The notes beneath the pieces are model-generated. The model saw nothing but the letters and a program-made list of their open reading frames with translations, searched no databases and was not told the DNA's origin. From Pseudothermotoga sp. (GTDB lineage Bacteria > Thermotogota > Thermotogae > Thermotogales > DSM-5069), in contig JBEPZZ010000004.1 in assembly GCA_041640575.1 (NCBI GenBank), positions 1-64,000 on the forward strand: a stretch of DNA of 64,000 nt. Direction: 5' to 3'. Shown one piece after another: positions 31,716 to 41,397 of this stretch (position 1 is the stretch's first letter; each line of letters begins with the position of its first letter). Position numbers and translations under genes: made by a program.

Positions 31716-32501
31716 TTATCTCTTCAACGTGCTTACGGTTCCGAGCATGTTGTCTGCTGTTTGAATCGTCCTAGCATTCAGTTCGTAAGCACGCTGCGCA
31801 ATTATCATATCCACCATTTCTTTCACAACATCGACGTTTGATTTTTCAAGATATCCTTGCTGAATGGCTCCAAAACCCTCTTGGTTTGGTATGCCCTCTA
31901 TCGGTGCACCTGATGCTGATGTCTCTACAAACAAGTTATCACCTATGGATTTCAAACCAGCTGGATTGACAAAGCGAACTAAAGTTATAGTTCCAAGGTT
32001 CTGTACCGTTCCATCTTGCATCTCAGCCGAAAAAATACCATCAGGCGAAATATTTATAGCAACAGCATCTGAAGGAACAACTATGTTTGGAATCAAGGCA
32101 AGGCCATTCGCGGTTACAATTCTTCCTTCACTGTCCATCTTGAAAGTTCCATCTCTGGTGTACGCAGTTCTGCCATCTTGAAGTTGTATCTGGAAAAATC
32201 CATCCCCCATTATTGCAAGATCAAGCGCATTACCCGTGTGTTCGATGTTTCCAATAGTGAAGATTCTATTAGTTGCACTGAGTCGAGTCCCATGCCCCAC
32301 GTATATTCCTGTTGGTATTGTCGAATTCACAGCCGTCGGAGCCCCTGCATTCTTGTAATACTGGTAAATCAGATCTTGGAATTCTGCTCTGACCTTTTTA
32401 TAACCTGTTGTATCAACGTTGGCCAAATTGTTTGAAACAACATCCAATTTGTACTGCTGTGCCCACATTCCAGTTGCCGCTGAATAAAGCGAGATCATCA
32501 T
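31716..32501 (-). CDS. flgG: Flagellar basal-body distal rod protein
   Basis: SNNLANVDTTGYKK, FQDLIYQ, YTRDG, LEKSNV, AQRAYE. Confidence 0.96.
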   Translation of the reverse strand: MMISLYSAATGMWAQQYKLDVVSNNLANVDTTGYKKVRAEFQDLIYQYYKNAGAPTAVNSTIPTGIYVGHGTRLSATNRIFTIGNIEHTGNALDLAIMGDGFFQIQLQDGRTAYTRDGTFKMDSEGRIVTANGLALIPNIVVPSDAVAINISPDGIFSAEMQDGTVQNLGTITLVRFVNPAGLKSIGDNLFVETSASGAPIEGIPNQEGFGAIQQGYLEKSNVDVVKEMVDMIIAQRAYELNARTIQTADNMLGTVSTLKR

Positions 32502-32514
32502 CTCAAATCGCCTC

Positions 32515-33273
32515 CTATCTCAAAGTTCCGACCTGAGAAATGAGTCTTGCCACAAGTTCGTCCTGAACAATAACTGCTTTCTGTGAAATCTCAAAATGTC
32601 TTTGCGCTTCAATCAAATTCACCATTTCTCTTACAGCGTTGACATTAGATAATTCGACATAGCCTGTCAGAATCCTAAAGTTCTCCGCGGCAACCGGTTG
32701 TCCACTTTCCTCGGTTTGTTGGAACAGTGTATATCCAAATTTTCTCAGATCTCTTGCAGATTCAAAATTGTAAACAGCAATCCTCGTGATTGGTTGATTC
32801 AAGGAATCTCTCACATATCCCTGTTCATCTACAGTGTATCCGTACTCAAATCTAATCGCTTCACCGTTGAAATCTAACAACCTTAATCCATCAGCATTTA
32901 CTAAGTATCCTTCTGCATCAAGCTTGAGATTTCCAGCACGAGTGTAAAAAGTTTCCTCTCCCCTTTGGACTGCGAAAAAACCTTCTCCTTCTATCGCCAA
33001 ATCCAAAGGATTCCCTGTGTATTGAATTGTCCCCTGTGAAACATCGTTGTAAACCCTATCCAAAACGGCGCTATAAACAAACGTTCCTATTGGTTGTTTC
33101 TTGTTTGGTAGTGCATATATTTCTCTTTCGTGATAGGCTCTGAAGGCCAATTTGTCCTTTTTGTAACCAATGCTATCAACATTAGCAAGGTTGTTCGCCG
33201 TTGCATCAATTTTGCTCACATCTAGGAGCATACCCATTGCGGCTGTGTAAATTCCTCTTATCAATCCCATCAC
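32515..33273 (-). CDS. flgF: Flagellar basal-body rod protein (FlgF-type)
   Basis: ANNLAN, TGNPLDLAIEGEGFF, YTRAG, ELSNVN. Precedes flgG. Confidence 0.85.
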   Translation of the reverse strand: MMGLIRGIYTAAMGMLLDVSKIDATANNLANVDSIGYKKDKLAFRAYHEREIYALPNKKQPIGTFVYSAVLDRVYNDVSQGTIQYTGNPLDLAIEGEGFFAVQRGEETFYTRAGNLKLDAEGYLVNADGLRLLDFNGEAIRFEYGYTVDEQGYVRDSLNQPITRIAVYNFESARDLRKFGYTLFQQTEESGQPVAAENFRILTGYVELSNVNAVREMVNLIEAQRHFEISQKAVIVQDELVARLISQVGTLR

Positions 33274-34280
33274 CTCGTGTACGAAATAGCAACAATTTTC
33301 AGCAACTCTTCGTCCTCAAGCAATATACCTGTGCCCTTAGCAACACAAGTCACTGGATCCTCAGCAACTATAACCTTAACACCTAGCTCTTCAGCCATCA
33401 CCGTATCCAAACCTCTTAATAAAGCTCCACCACCGGTTAAAACAATTCCCTTGTTGATTATGTCCGCTGCCAGTTCTGGAGGAGTTCTCTCAAGAACCGC
33501 TTTGATTCGTCCTAAAATGACCGTCACCAGTGGTTGCAAAGTTTCCATAACATCTTCTGACGATATTTTGTCTGTTCTTGGCAATCCCGTGACGGCATCT
33601 CTTCCTTTGATTTCCATTTCATATGTTTCCATGTTTGGGTGGACCTTTCCTATTTTTATTTTCACCTGTTCCGCAGTTGGTTCACCTATTACCAATCCAT
33701 ACTTTTTTCTGACAAAGCGTACAATAGCTTCATCCATAGCGTCTCCAGCAATCTTTATCGAATCTCCAACGACAACACCGCCAAGACTTATCACCGCTAT
33801 ATCTGTAGTTCCACCGCCTATATCCACCACCATACTACCTTCTGATTTCGTCACGTCAATGCCAGCACCTATTGCGGCAGCTAACGGCTCTGAAACAACA
33901 TGAACCTGCCTTGCACCAGCATTTAAAGCAGCTTCAAAAACCGCTCTCCTTTCGACGCTGGTTGCTTTCGTTGGAATACCTATCACCAGTTCTGGCTTGA
34001 AAAAGAAGGATTTTTTCACTGTTCTCTTGATAAACTCTTTTATCACCGCTTCTATAGTTTTGTAATCAGCTATCACACCATCCTTCATAGGTTTCACAGC
34101 TTTGTAGTACTCTGGGGTCTTACCTAACATTTTCTTGGCTTCCTCACCAATGGCAACTATTTCTCCGGTTTTCTCGGATATTGCAACAACAGAAGGTTCA
34201 AAGATTACTATACCTTTTCCTCTTTGATAGACAATAAAACTTGCCGTACCAAGATCTATACCTAAATCACCTTTTGACAT
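33270..34280 (-). CDS. mreB: Rod shape-determining protein (MreB/Mbl family)
   Basis: GIDLGT, PMKDGVIADY, VVDIGGGTTD, LTGGGALL. The true start is ATG 34280; the ORF-track extension runs through the tRNA. Confidence 0.93.
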   Translation of the reverse strand: MSKGDLGIDLGTASFIVYQRGKGIVIFEPSVVAISEKTGEIVAIGEEAKKMLGKTPEYYKAVKPMKDGVIADYKTIEAVIKEFIKRTVKKSFFFKPELVIGIPTKATSVERRAVFEAALNAGARQVHVVSEPLAAAIGAGIDVTKSEGSMVVDIGGGTTDIAVISLGGVVVGDSIKIAGDAMDEAIVRFVRKKYGLVIGEPTAEQVKIKIGKVHPNMETYEMEIKGRDAVTGLPRTDKISSEDVMETLQPLVTVILGRIKAVLERTPPELAADIINKGIVLTGGGALLRGLDTVMAEELGVKVIVAEDPVTCVAKGTGILLEDEELLKIVAISYTR

Positions 34281-34311
34281 TCTTTTGCACCTCCCTTTTG
34301 TTTGAAAAACC

Positions 34312-34388
34312 TGGTGTGCCTGGCGGGAATCGAACCCGCAACCTCTGGATCCGGAGTCCAGCGCTCTATCCATTTGAGCTACAGGCAC
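34312..34388 (-). tRNA. tRNA-Arg (anticodon CCG)
   Basis: GTGCCTGTAGCTCAAATGGATAGAGCGCTGGACTCCGGATCCAGAGGTTGCGGGTTCGATTCCCGCCAGGCACACCA: 77 nt, full cloverleaf, encoded CCA. Confidence 0.97.
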
Positions 34389-35017
34389 ACAAGCATTCCA
34401 TTCTTCGAAAGAAAAGGTTTAAATTGGTCACATCTTTGTTCAACAACAATCATATCAAATGGACTTTGTTTTTCCAGTTCCTTAAAGCTTTTCTCCACAG
34501 AAAAACCCAATTTGTAGAAAAGATAAGCATAATAAGGATCTGTCTGGAAAATTATGGCATCATTTGAAGCTGCTCTCACATCAGAAACCTCAGCCAATAG
34601 GATCTTGCCACGGTAATTTTTAATCGTGTCCAGAATTTCTTCTGGCAGCATCTTTGCTGGTTTGATCTCGTATAACACCATTTTCGAAGACATAAACTCC
34701 TGAAAAAGCTGTGTCGCAACCAGTTGATCTATATTACTTCTTCCTTTGAAAAGTTTACTTGTCAGTCTCTCATCAATCATATAGACCTTTTTATTCAATC
34801 TCTTTTCAAGCTTTTCTGCAAATTCAACTGTTTCAAAAGTTTGCAATGAATACCGACCACTCATGGAAAATGGCAACCCAATAACTATTGCTTCAACATC
34901 AAGCCTTGAAAGTTCTTCTATCACTTTCTTTGGGGAAGTAATGAAAACTTTCGATGGAATTTTGTTCCCTATGGCCACTCCACACCTCGTCCTACCATAA
35001 TCTATTGCCGCAATCAT
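34379..35017 (-). CDS. ruvX: RuvX/YqgF-family nuclease with a C-terminal extension
   Basis: AIDYG..RCGVAIG, IVIGLP, IDERLTS. About 90 extra C-terminal residues. Confidence 0.85.
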   Translation of the reverse strand: MIAAIDYGRTRCGVAIGNKIPSKVFITSPKKVIEELSRLDVEAIVIGLPFSMSGRYSLQTFETVEFAEKLEKRLNKKVYMIDERLTSKLFKGRSNIDQLVATQLFQEFMSSKMVLYEIKPAKMLPEEILDTIKNYRGKILLAEVSDVRAASNDAIIFQTDPYYAYLFYKLGFSVEKSFKELEKQSPFDMIVVEQRCDQFKPFLSKNGMLVCL

Positions 35018-37962
35018 TACATCACCGCTTTGGGGTTCATCAAGACTTTACATATTCCTTTTGCTCTCTGAACCAAATAAGGCTTGGTTATTGCTTCAAA
35101 ATAAATGATGTCGAGTTCTCCTTCGAACATTCTAGAAGATTGACGTGAAATGTCCACCTTTGACAGATCTATCCGACCATCTTTCACAGTTGCACCCAGT
35201 TCTTTCAAAACATTCAAAAGAACTTTACCGTAAGAAATACTTTTGAGCAAGCCATTTCTAACTAATTCTTCTAAAAACCCTTTTTCTTCCATTTCCTTAT
35301 CACCAAAAATTTTCAAAACTTGTTCCACCTTTTCATGATTTGGAAAAAGCTCCTTTAGCTCTTCCTTTCTGACTTCAATATCCTTCGTATCAAAGCATAG
35401 GTCTATTACTTGGCTTGTTCCGTCGAGCGAAAGACTATCAAGAATCTCAAAGAGACTGAGCGGAACATCGCCAACAGCTATTTCGACGTCTTGCCACAAC
35501 ATTGCTGGTATTCCGTCGGTATTTGTGACACACAGCAACTTTTTGAATTTTCTCTTCTTTATTTGATTTATAATTGTAGCCTTTTGCTGAGGTTTGAGAT
35601 TATGTGTGTATACCAAGAAGTCGGTCGGTTTCCAGATTTGAGATACTTTGGCGTAAAAGCTACTCATATTGGATTTCGATGAGAATAGAAAACATGAAGC
35701 ATCATTCAAAACAGAATCTAAACCTGTTGTAACGTCAACCAATCCAAAAGCTGGTTTCATACTCTTTTGGTAGACCAGGTAAAACCCAACTTCACGCGCA
35801 AAGTCGTAAAGATCATCAGGGCACTTAACACTTATTGCGATAAATTTGTTCGAATTTTTTCTAATAATATCTAGAAACTTCGACACATAGGGATTTTCAC
35901 GGAAAGTCCTAAAAAGTGCCAGCTCGTTTACAATTACAAGATCATAAGCACGTAATATTCTTTCAATGTGTTCAACAAAATAAACAACAGTTGCAAAAGC
36001 AAACCTACTGGATGGAATTTTATTCAAGGAATTAAGATAATCAACAGATGTTGTAGCATGTCTCAGCAAGCTCTGGTAGCTTTGAAGTGTAATGACATTG
36101 TTTGGTGAGACAACAACAGTTCTAAATTTGGCATTTTCGAGAATCCACTTGAAAATAGCATTTCTTGTTCTTATATCCACCACAAAGAATTCGTGTCCCT
36201 TTAAGTTCATTAAGACTTCTTCCAGATGCGATGGTCTACGAGTAGAAACTGTCTTTCCTGTAACAACTGCCAATTCAGATCTTTCGAAGGAAGCATCTAA
36301 AACATTCAGAACAGGCTGTTGACCATTCCTTTTGATCGTAAAAACCAAATCAACTTTTGCGGTTCCATTCCGCAAACCTTCTTCAAAGAATTGACCTAAA
36401 CCAAAGCCAAGAGCTTCAAATTTCTTGCTGCCAGAAATAACAGAAAACCTGACATTCGCATCATTTGGTCCGAAAATCTTCGCGTTATCAATGGTAACGT
36501 CTTTTGCAACAAAAACTGGTTCGGGGTTTCCATTACCAAAAGGTTCTAACACCTTTAACTGCATCAAAAACTCTTCTCCAATTTCTTGTAGGCTTATCTC
36601 ACTGTCAATCACTATATAATATCCAGGATCCTCAACAATTGGGATTTCATAGTCTTTAAGCTTTTCGATGAAAGAATCTATGAGTTCAAGATCGATCGTG
36701 AACCCAACAGCAAGAGGATGACCACCAAATTCTTTGAAATAGGGTGAAAATGGCTCCAAAATTTCTATTAAATTTATGTTTTCTGGGCTTCTCGCTGACC
36801 CTCTAGCCTCGTCCTCACCAATCGAAATAACCAAGACAGGTTTCCCATATCTCTGGCATAGTCGTGTAGCGACGATCCCAAGAACTCCAACATGCCAGTT
36901 CTCCCCATAAACAGCTATAATCGAATTTCTGTAAAGTTCGTGTTCTTCTATTTGTTCAACAGCCATGGAATAGATTTCGCCTTCGATTTCTTGTCTTGTT
37001 GTGTTGTATTCAAACAAAAGATTCACCAAATCCATTGCGACTTGACGATCTGTGACCGTCAAAAGCTTGTATGCATCCTCAGCGTAATCAAGTCTCCCGG
37101 CAGCGTTCAACTTTGGTGCAACTCGATAACCGATATCTCTTGAGTCCGGGTAGTCTATGCCGAGCCTAAAAAGTAAAGTTTCCAGCCCAGGTCTTCTCGT
37201 GCTCTTCATTAGCTCAAGACCCTTCTTGACGATGAATCGATTTTCATCCACAAGCTTGACCATATCAGCTATGGTTCCCAGGGCAACAAGATCGAGATAT
37301 TCATATACTTTTTCCTGAGGCAAGTTAAGTTTTCTGGCAAGCGCACAGACAACTTTGAACGCCACGCCTGTACCAGCCAAATCTTTGAAGGGGTATGTAT
37401 CGTCTGATCTTTTTGGGTTAACAATTGCTTCCGCACTTGGTAAAACAGCACCAACCTCGTGATGGTCTGTTATTATGACCTTGCAGCCCAAAGACCTTGC
37501 AAGGTTTATGGATTCGACAGCTGTTATGCCACAATCCACAGTGATTATCAACTTTCCACCATTTTGGACGAATTGCTTGACCACTTCTGGCTGGATTCCA
37601 TATCCTTCGTCTAATCTCTTCGGAATGTAATGTTCAACAATCCAGCCATTACTTTTTAGAAATTCTTCTAAAACAGCAGTACCCGTTATACCATCAACGT
37701 CATAGTCGCCATAGATAAGCACAGAAGAACCTTGCGCTCTCGCTTCTAGGAGCAAATCGCAGGTATTTTGCATATCAGAAAGAAGCATCGGATCATGCAG
37801 ATCTTCTGAAGTTGGGTTGAGGAAACGTTTAACTTGTTCTGGATCTGTAATACCTCGATTTACAAGCAACTTCGCCAAAAACTCACTTACGTTAAGTTCC
37901 TTGCTCAGAAGCTCAACTTGCGATTGAGCTGCCTGCTTTACTATCCACCTCACAATCTCCAA
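35017..37962 (-). CDS. recJ: ssDNA exonuclease RecJ with a ~420-aa C-terminal extension
   Basis: YGDYDVDG, TVDCG, TDHH, LGTIAD, NAAGRL, GSARS, GGH, LEPFG.GNPEP. Confidence 0.95.
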   Translation of the reverse strand: MEIVRWIVKQAAQSQVELLSKELNVSEFLAKLLVNRGITDPEQVKRFLNPTSEDLHDPMLLSDMQNTCDLLLEARAQGSSVLIYGDYDVDGITGTAVLEEFLKSNGWIVEHYIPKRLDEGYGIQPEVVKQFVQNGGKLIITVDCGITAVESINLARSLGCKVIITDHHEVGAVLPSAEAIVNPKRSDDTYPFKDLAGTGVAFKVVCALARKLNLPQEKVYEYLDLVALGTIADMVKLVDENRFIVKKGLELMKSTRRPGLETLLFRLGIDYPDSRDIGYRVAPKLNAAGRLDYAEDAYKLLTVTDRQVAMDLVNLLFEYNTTRQEIEGEIYSMAVEQIEEHELYRNSIIAVYGENWHVGVLGIVATRLCQRYGKPVLVISIGEDEARGSARSPENINLIEILEPFSPYFKEFGGHPLAVGFTIDLELIDSFIEKLKDYEIPIVEDPGYYIVIDSEISLQEIGEEFLMQLKVLEPFGNGNPEPVFVAKDVTIDNAKIFGPNDANVRFSVISGSKKFEALGFGLGQFFEEGLRNGTAKVDLVFTIKRNGQQPVLNVLDASFERSELAVVTGKTVSTRRPSHLEEVLMNLKGHEFFVVDIRTRNAIFKWILENAKFRTVVVSPNNVITLQSYQSLLRHATTSVDYLNSLNKIPSSRFAFATVVYFVEHIERILRAYDLVIVNELALFRTFRENPYVSKFLDIIRKNSNKFIAISVKCPDDLYDFAREVGFYLVYQKSMKPAFGLVDVTTGLDSVLNDASCFLFSSKSNMSSFYAKVSQIWKPTDFLVYTHNLKPQQKATIINQIKKRKFKKLLCVTNTDGIPAMLWQDVEIAVGDVPLSLFEILDSLSLDGTSQVIDLCFDTKDIEVRKEELKELFPNHEKVEQVLKIFGDKEMEEKGFLEELVRNGLLKSISYGKVLLNVLKELGATVKDGRIDLSKVDISRQSSRMFEGELDIIYFEAITKPYLVQRAKGICKVLMNPKAVM

Positions 37963-38131
37963 CTGCCTTTTTCAGACTTTTAAATATATTAAATCACAAA
38001 AAGTTCGGTTCGTGAAGAAGCAAAAGTGCTAAAACTGACAATTACACGGCATAATCTGAATACTTTACTGTAAAAGGTATAGCAAAGATAAAAATTTTGT
38101 AACCAGAAGATCATACAGATATATTTCGGAG

Positions 38132-39415
38132 GTGAGATTCTTGACACTTGACGAATTGGTGGAAAAGGCTGTAACATTCAGAGAACAGAGAATACTTTTA
38201 TTAATTAGCTCTGTTGCCTGGTGTTTTGACGCGGCTGGTGTCATGGTTCTGTCGTTCACACTTCCCTCGATTTCACGCGAATGGGGGCTCACACCGCAAG
38301 AGGCAGCTCATCTTTCCAGCGCAACATTCATTGGCATGCTGATAGGTGCCTTGTTTGTAGGACTTCTAGCAGATTTATTTGGCAGAAAAGTTTCAAACGT
38401 TTTTTATCTGCTTTTCACCGTTACTTTTACCACTGTCCTTGGATTTTCAAAATCCCAGTCCCAGTATTTCCTGGTCAGGTTACTTGCAGGTATAGGTTAT
38501 GGCGGATTGATGCCGTCAATTAACGCGTATTTATCGGAGTTCACTGGCAGACAAATTCGTGGAAAATATCTGGTTATACTTGAAGCAAGTTGGGCAATTG
38601 GAAGCATACTGATAGGCTTGTTCTCAGTACTTACATTGAATAAACTTGGTTGGAGGTGGAGTTACTGGATTTTCGGCGCAGGCTTTGCCCTAGTACCGAT
38701 TTTTCTCTTCATCCCCGAATCTCCAAAGTTTGCATTCCTCAAAAAAGGCAAGGATGGCTTACTAAAAGTTTTGCGTGTGAAAATTGATGAAGAGATAACT
38801 TTGAACAGCAACCCTAAAAATCCTGTGATTTCTGTGATTTCAAGACAGTATTTGAGGGTAAATTTAATGATTTGGACATCATGGTTTGTAGTCAGTTTTG
38901 TTTATTATACTCTTTTCACATGGGCGCCAAAAATTTTTGCGCAACAAGGAGTTGGTGCTGTTAGATCGCTTTGGTATACCTTTTTCATGATGTTAGCGCA
39001 ACTTCCTGGCTATCTATCTGCAGCTTACTTCATAGAAAAACTTGGTCGAAGGCCTTCGCTATCCATATACTTTTTTGGAACAGCCTTGAGTGCCGTTCTT
39101 TGGACTTATGTTTCAAACACAGTTTTACTGATAATTATAGCCTTAGTTTTATCTTTCTTTACACTCGGCGTGTGGGGACTTGTTTATGCTTACACACCCG
39201 AGCTATATCCGACCTCAATAAGAGGCTCTGGAAATGGCCTTGCTGGTGTGATTGCAAGAATTGCTGGTATTTTGGCACCACAATTTGGAGGATTTATGCT
39301 GCAGAGTAATGCCTCATTACTTCAGATCTTCTTAATCCTTGCAGCTCTATCTGTAATCGCAGGGCTGGTGGTCGCAATCTATGGAGTAGAAACTAAAGGC
39401 AAGGAAATTTCATGA
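38132..39415 (+). CDS. MFS transporter (SV2/NiaP-like; substrate not determined)
   Basis: GLLADLFGRK, PESPK, EKLGRR, YTPELYPT..RG. About 12 TM. Confidence 0.9.
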   Translation: MRFLTLDELVEKAVTFREQRILLLISSVAWCFDAAGVMVLSFTLPSISREWGLTPQEAAHLSSATFIGMLIGALFVGLLADLFGRKVSNVFYLLFTVTFTTVLGFSKSQSQYFLVRLLAGIGYGGLMPSINAYLSEFTGRQIRGKYLVILEASWAIGSILIGLFSVLTLNKLGWRWSYWIFGAGFALVPIFLFIPESPKFAFLKKGKDGLLKVLRVKIDEEITLNSNPKNPVISVISRQYLRVNLMIWTSWFVVSFVYYTLFTWAPKIFAQQGVGAVRSLWYTFFMMLAQLPGYLSAAYFIEKLGRRPSLSIYFFGTALSAVLWTYVSNTVLLIIIALVLSFFTLGVWGLVYAYTPELYPTSIRGSGNGLAGVIARIAGILAPQFGGFMLQSNASLLQIFLILAALSVIAGLVVAIYGVETKGKEIS

Positions 39416-39419
39416 AAAG

Positions 39420-39444
39420 AAAGGCAGCCCTCTGGCTGCCTTTT
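39420..39444. terminator. Bidirectional intrinsic terminator
   Basis: aaaggcagcc-ctct-ggctgccttt between convergent genes. Confidence 0.85.
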
Positions 39445-40736
39445 CACAAAATAACCCAGGCAACTGCTGTTGCAATTATTAAAGACAGTATGGTTCTTTC
39501 TAACCAAATTATCAAGAGTTCAGGGATGCTTATTGGAATCTCAGTTGAAAGAATGCACGGTATAGAAGCAGAAAAGAACAACACCGCAGATATTGAAACA
39601 ATGCCAACGACAAACCTACTGATAAGCGGTGCATTCACAGTAAGTAACGCTGGCAAGAACATTTCAGCAATTTCAACTGCAGAAGCTTTCGCAACCAAGA
39701 ATGCTTCGGGCAGCCTCAGTAATGCCGTAAATGGGTAAAAGATCCAACCTAAAATGTCGAAAACAGGAGTGTATGTAGCTAAGATCAATCCAATGAATCC
39801 AACGGACATTATCGTTGGAAGTATGGTCAAAGCCATTCTGAAACCAGCCTTTAAATTTTGCCAAATTCCAACGAAAAACCTTGGAGCTTTACTGGCTGCA
39901 GCTATAGCCTCATTCCAAGCTACAGCAAGCAGATTTTCACGAACTTCCTTTTCTGGATTTGGTGTTCCAACATAATCATCCCTTTTTCCCGAAAGCGGCC
40001 ACAATCTTGCAGTGATAGCGGTGACAGCAAAAGTTACGAAAGCTGATGCCCAAAAGAATTTGTTCCATATATCCATCAGTTTTAGCGTTCTTGCAACAAT
40101 TATCATGAACGTAGCGGAAACTGTGGAAAATCCAGTTGCTATTATGGCGGCTTCTCTTATCGTGTATTTCCCCTCTTTGAAAACCTTGTTGGTTATGAGT
40201 AAAGCAATCGAGTAACTACCAACGAAAGACGCTACAGCATCGATAGCTGATCGTCCTGGCGTTTTGAACAAAGTTCTCATAACTGGTCTCATCAAAGAAC
40301 CGACAAATTCCATCAAACCGTAACCAACCAAGAATGCCAAAAAAACAGAACCTATTGGAACAATCAGACCTACTGGTACAACTAATCTGTTAAGCAAAAA
40401 CGGTCCTATGTCAGGTCTCATCATCCATTTTGGTCCTATTTTGAAATATACGAGGATTACGATAACTGCACCGAAGATTTTGAGGAAAGCAAAAACGAAC
40501 TCAGTTTTTGACTTCTTGTATGCCTTAGTAATCCATGGAAAAACTGCTCCAACAAGTGTGACTAACAGTCCGTAAATGACTGCAACACTTGCGAGATTGT
40601 TTCGGATCCATGTGACAATGTGATCTAGCGGGATCGACGTTGTACTGTTTAACCTGATAGGTATGAAGAACATAAAGATACCAACAGCACTTAGCAACAA
40701 AAACTTCAACGCAGCGCCCGTTCTTGCCACCAGCAT
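39444..40736 (-). CDS. YjiH-family (nucleoside-recognition Gate domain) membrane transporter
   Basis: GLMEFVG.LMRPVMR.LFKTPGRSAIDAVASFVGS, IATGFSTVSATF, EMFLP, IWLERT. Start moved to the ATG after AAGGAGG. Confidence 0.85.
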   Translation of the reverse strand: MLVARTGAALKFLLLSAVGIFMFFIPIRLNSTTSIPLDHIVTWIRNNLASVAVIYGLLVTLVGAVFPWITKAYKKSKTEFVFAFLKIFGAVIVILVYFKIGPKWMMRPDIGPFLLNRLVVPVGLIVPIGSVFLAFLVGYGLMEFVGSLMRPVMRTLFKTPGRSAIDAVASFVGSYSIALLITNKVFKEGKYTIREAAIIATGFSTVSATFMIIVARTLKLMDIWNKFFWASAFVTFAVTAITARLWPLSGKRDDYVGTPNPEKEVRENLLAVAWNEAIAAASKAPRFFVGIWQNLKAGFRMALTILPTIMSVGFIGLILATYTPVFDILGWIFYPFTALLRLPEAFLVAKASAVEIAEMFLPALLTVNAPLISRFVVGIVSISAVLFFSASIPCILSTEIPISIPELLIIWLERTILSLIIATAVAWVIL

Positions 40737-40806
40737 CCCTCCTTTTAAAAAGTATGAAAAACCCCCAACGTTGACTGGTGTAAAAACAAGCTGTATTTTA
40801 CAAAAT

Positions 40807-40834
40807 ATTATCAAAAAACAACCAAGGAAAGCAA
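40807..40834 (-). promoter_or_regulatory. Candidate sigma70 promoter of the YjiH-family gene
   Basis: Minus strand TTGCTT-16 nt-GATAAT, about 70 nt upstream of the start. Confidence 0.4.
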
Positions 40835-41397
40835 CAAAATAAGTCCAATTAGTTAAGTAAGAAAATATAGAATAGTGGCTTTGGTCACAGCAATTTAGGA
40901 CGATCTTTTGACATTAGTTTAAACTATGAGTTGATGCAATTAGAACTTTTGCTGAATTACACATCAATCATATCGAGGATGTGTTCATAGTTTCCTTCTT
41001 TACGTAAAAAACTGTTGAAAACCACTACATTTGTTTCTCGAAAAACCTCAAAGAAAGCCAACTAATCTGTGAAAGATGATTGTCTAAGAACAATAATCAT
41101 ACAGTCAGATAAGTACAACAATCTTGTGAAATTGGAGCTCGAAAAGAGTCAGTCACAAGTCATAAAAAATTAATTCGATGAAAATTGTGTATGAATTATA
41201 AATACAAAAGATGAATAAGAAACTTCTTGCTTGAAGATGTAGAAAATTTGCTGTGTGTTTTTTCGAAACATTACTTTCGCATGTATAGCACTTTTATAAT
41301 TATGCAATTTGCAAAATCTTAGCTAAACCTTTCGTTCAATGCGATAAGATACTTAGTGCAAACAAAAATCAAACTAACGTCTTTGGGGTGTTTCGCT

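Noticed and set aside
33277..33903. 208-aa plus-strand ORF, and the many other 60-180-aa ORFs antisense to or nested in recognised genes
   Set aside because: Shadow ORFs of conserved genes, with no recognisable motifs or SD support.
34281..34388. 36-aa N-terminal extension of MreB in the ORF track (MPVAQMDRALDSGSRGCGFDSRQAH...)
   Set aside because: It is the tRNA-Arg gene read as codons. The real start is ATG 34280 after GGGAGG.
34312..34388. tRNA as an integration site for a genomic island
   Set aside because: I saw no duplicated tRNA 3' end and no integrase in the window. The flanks are core genes.
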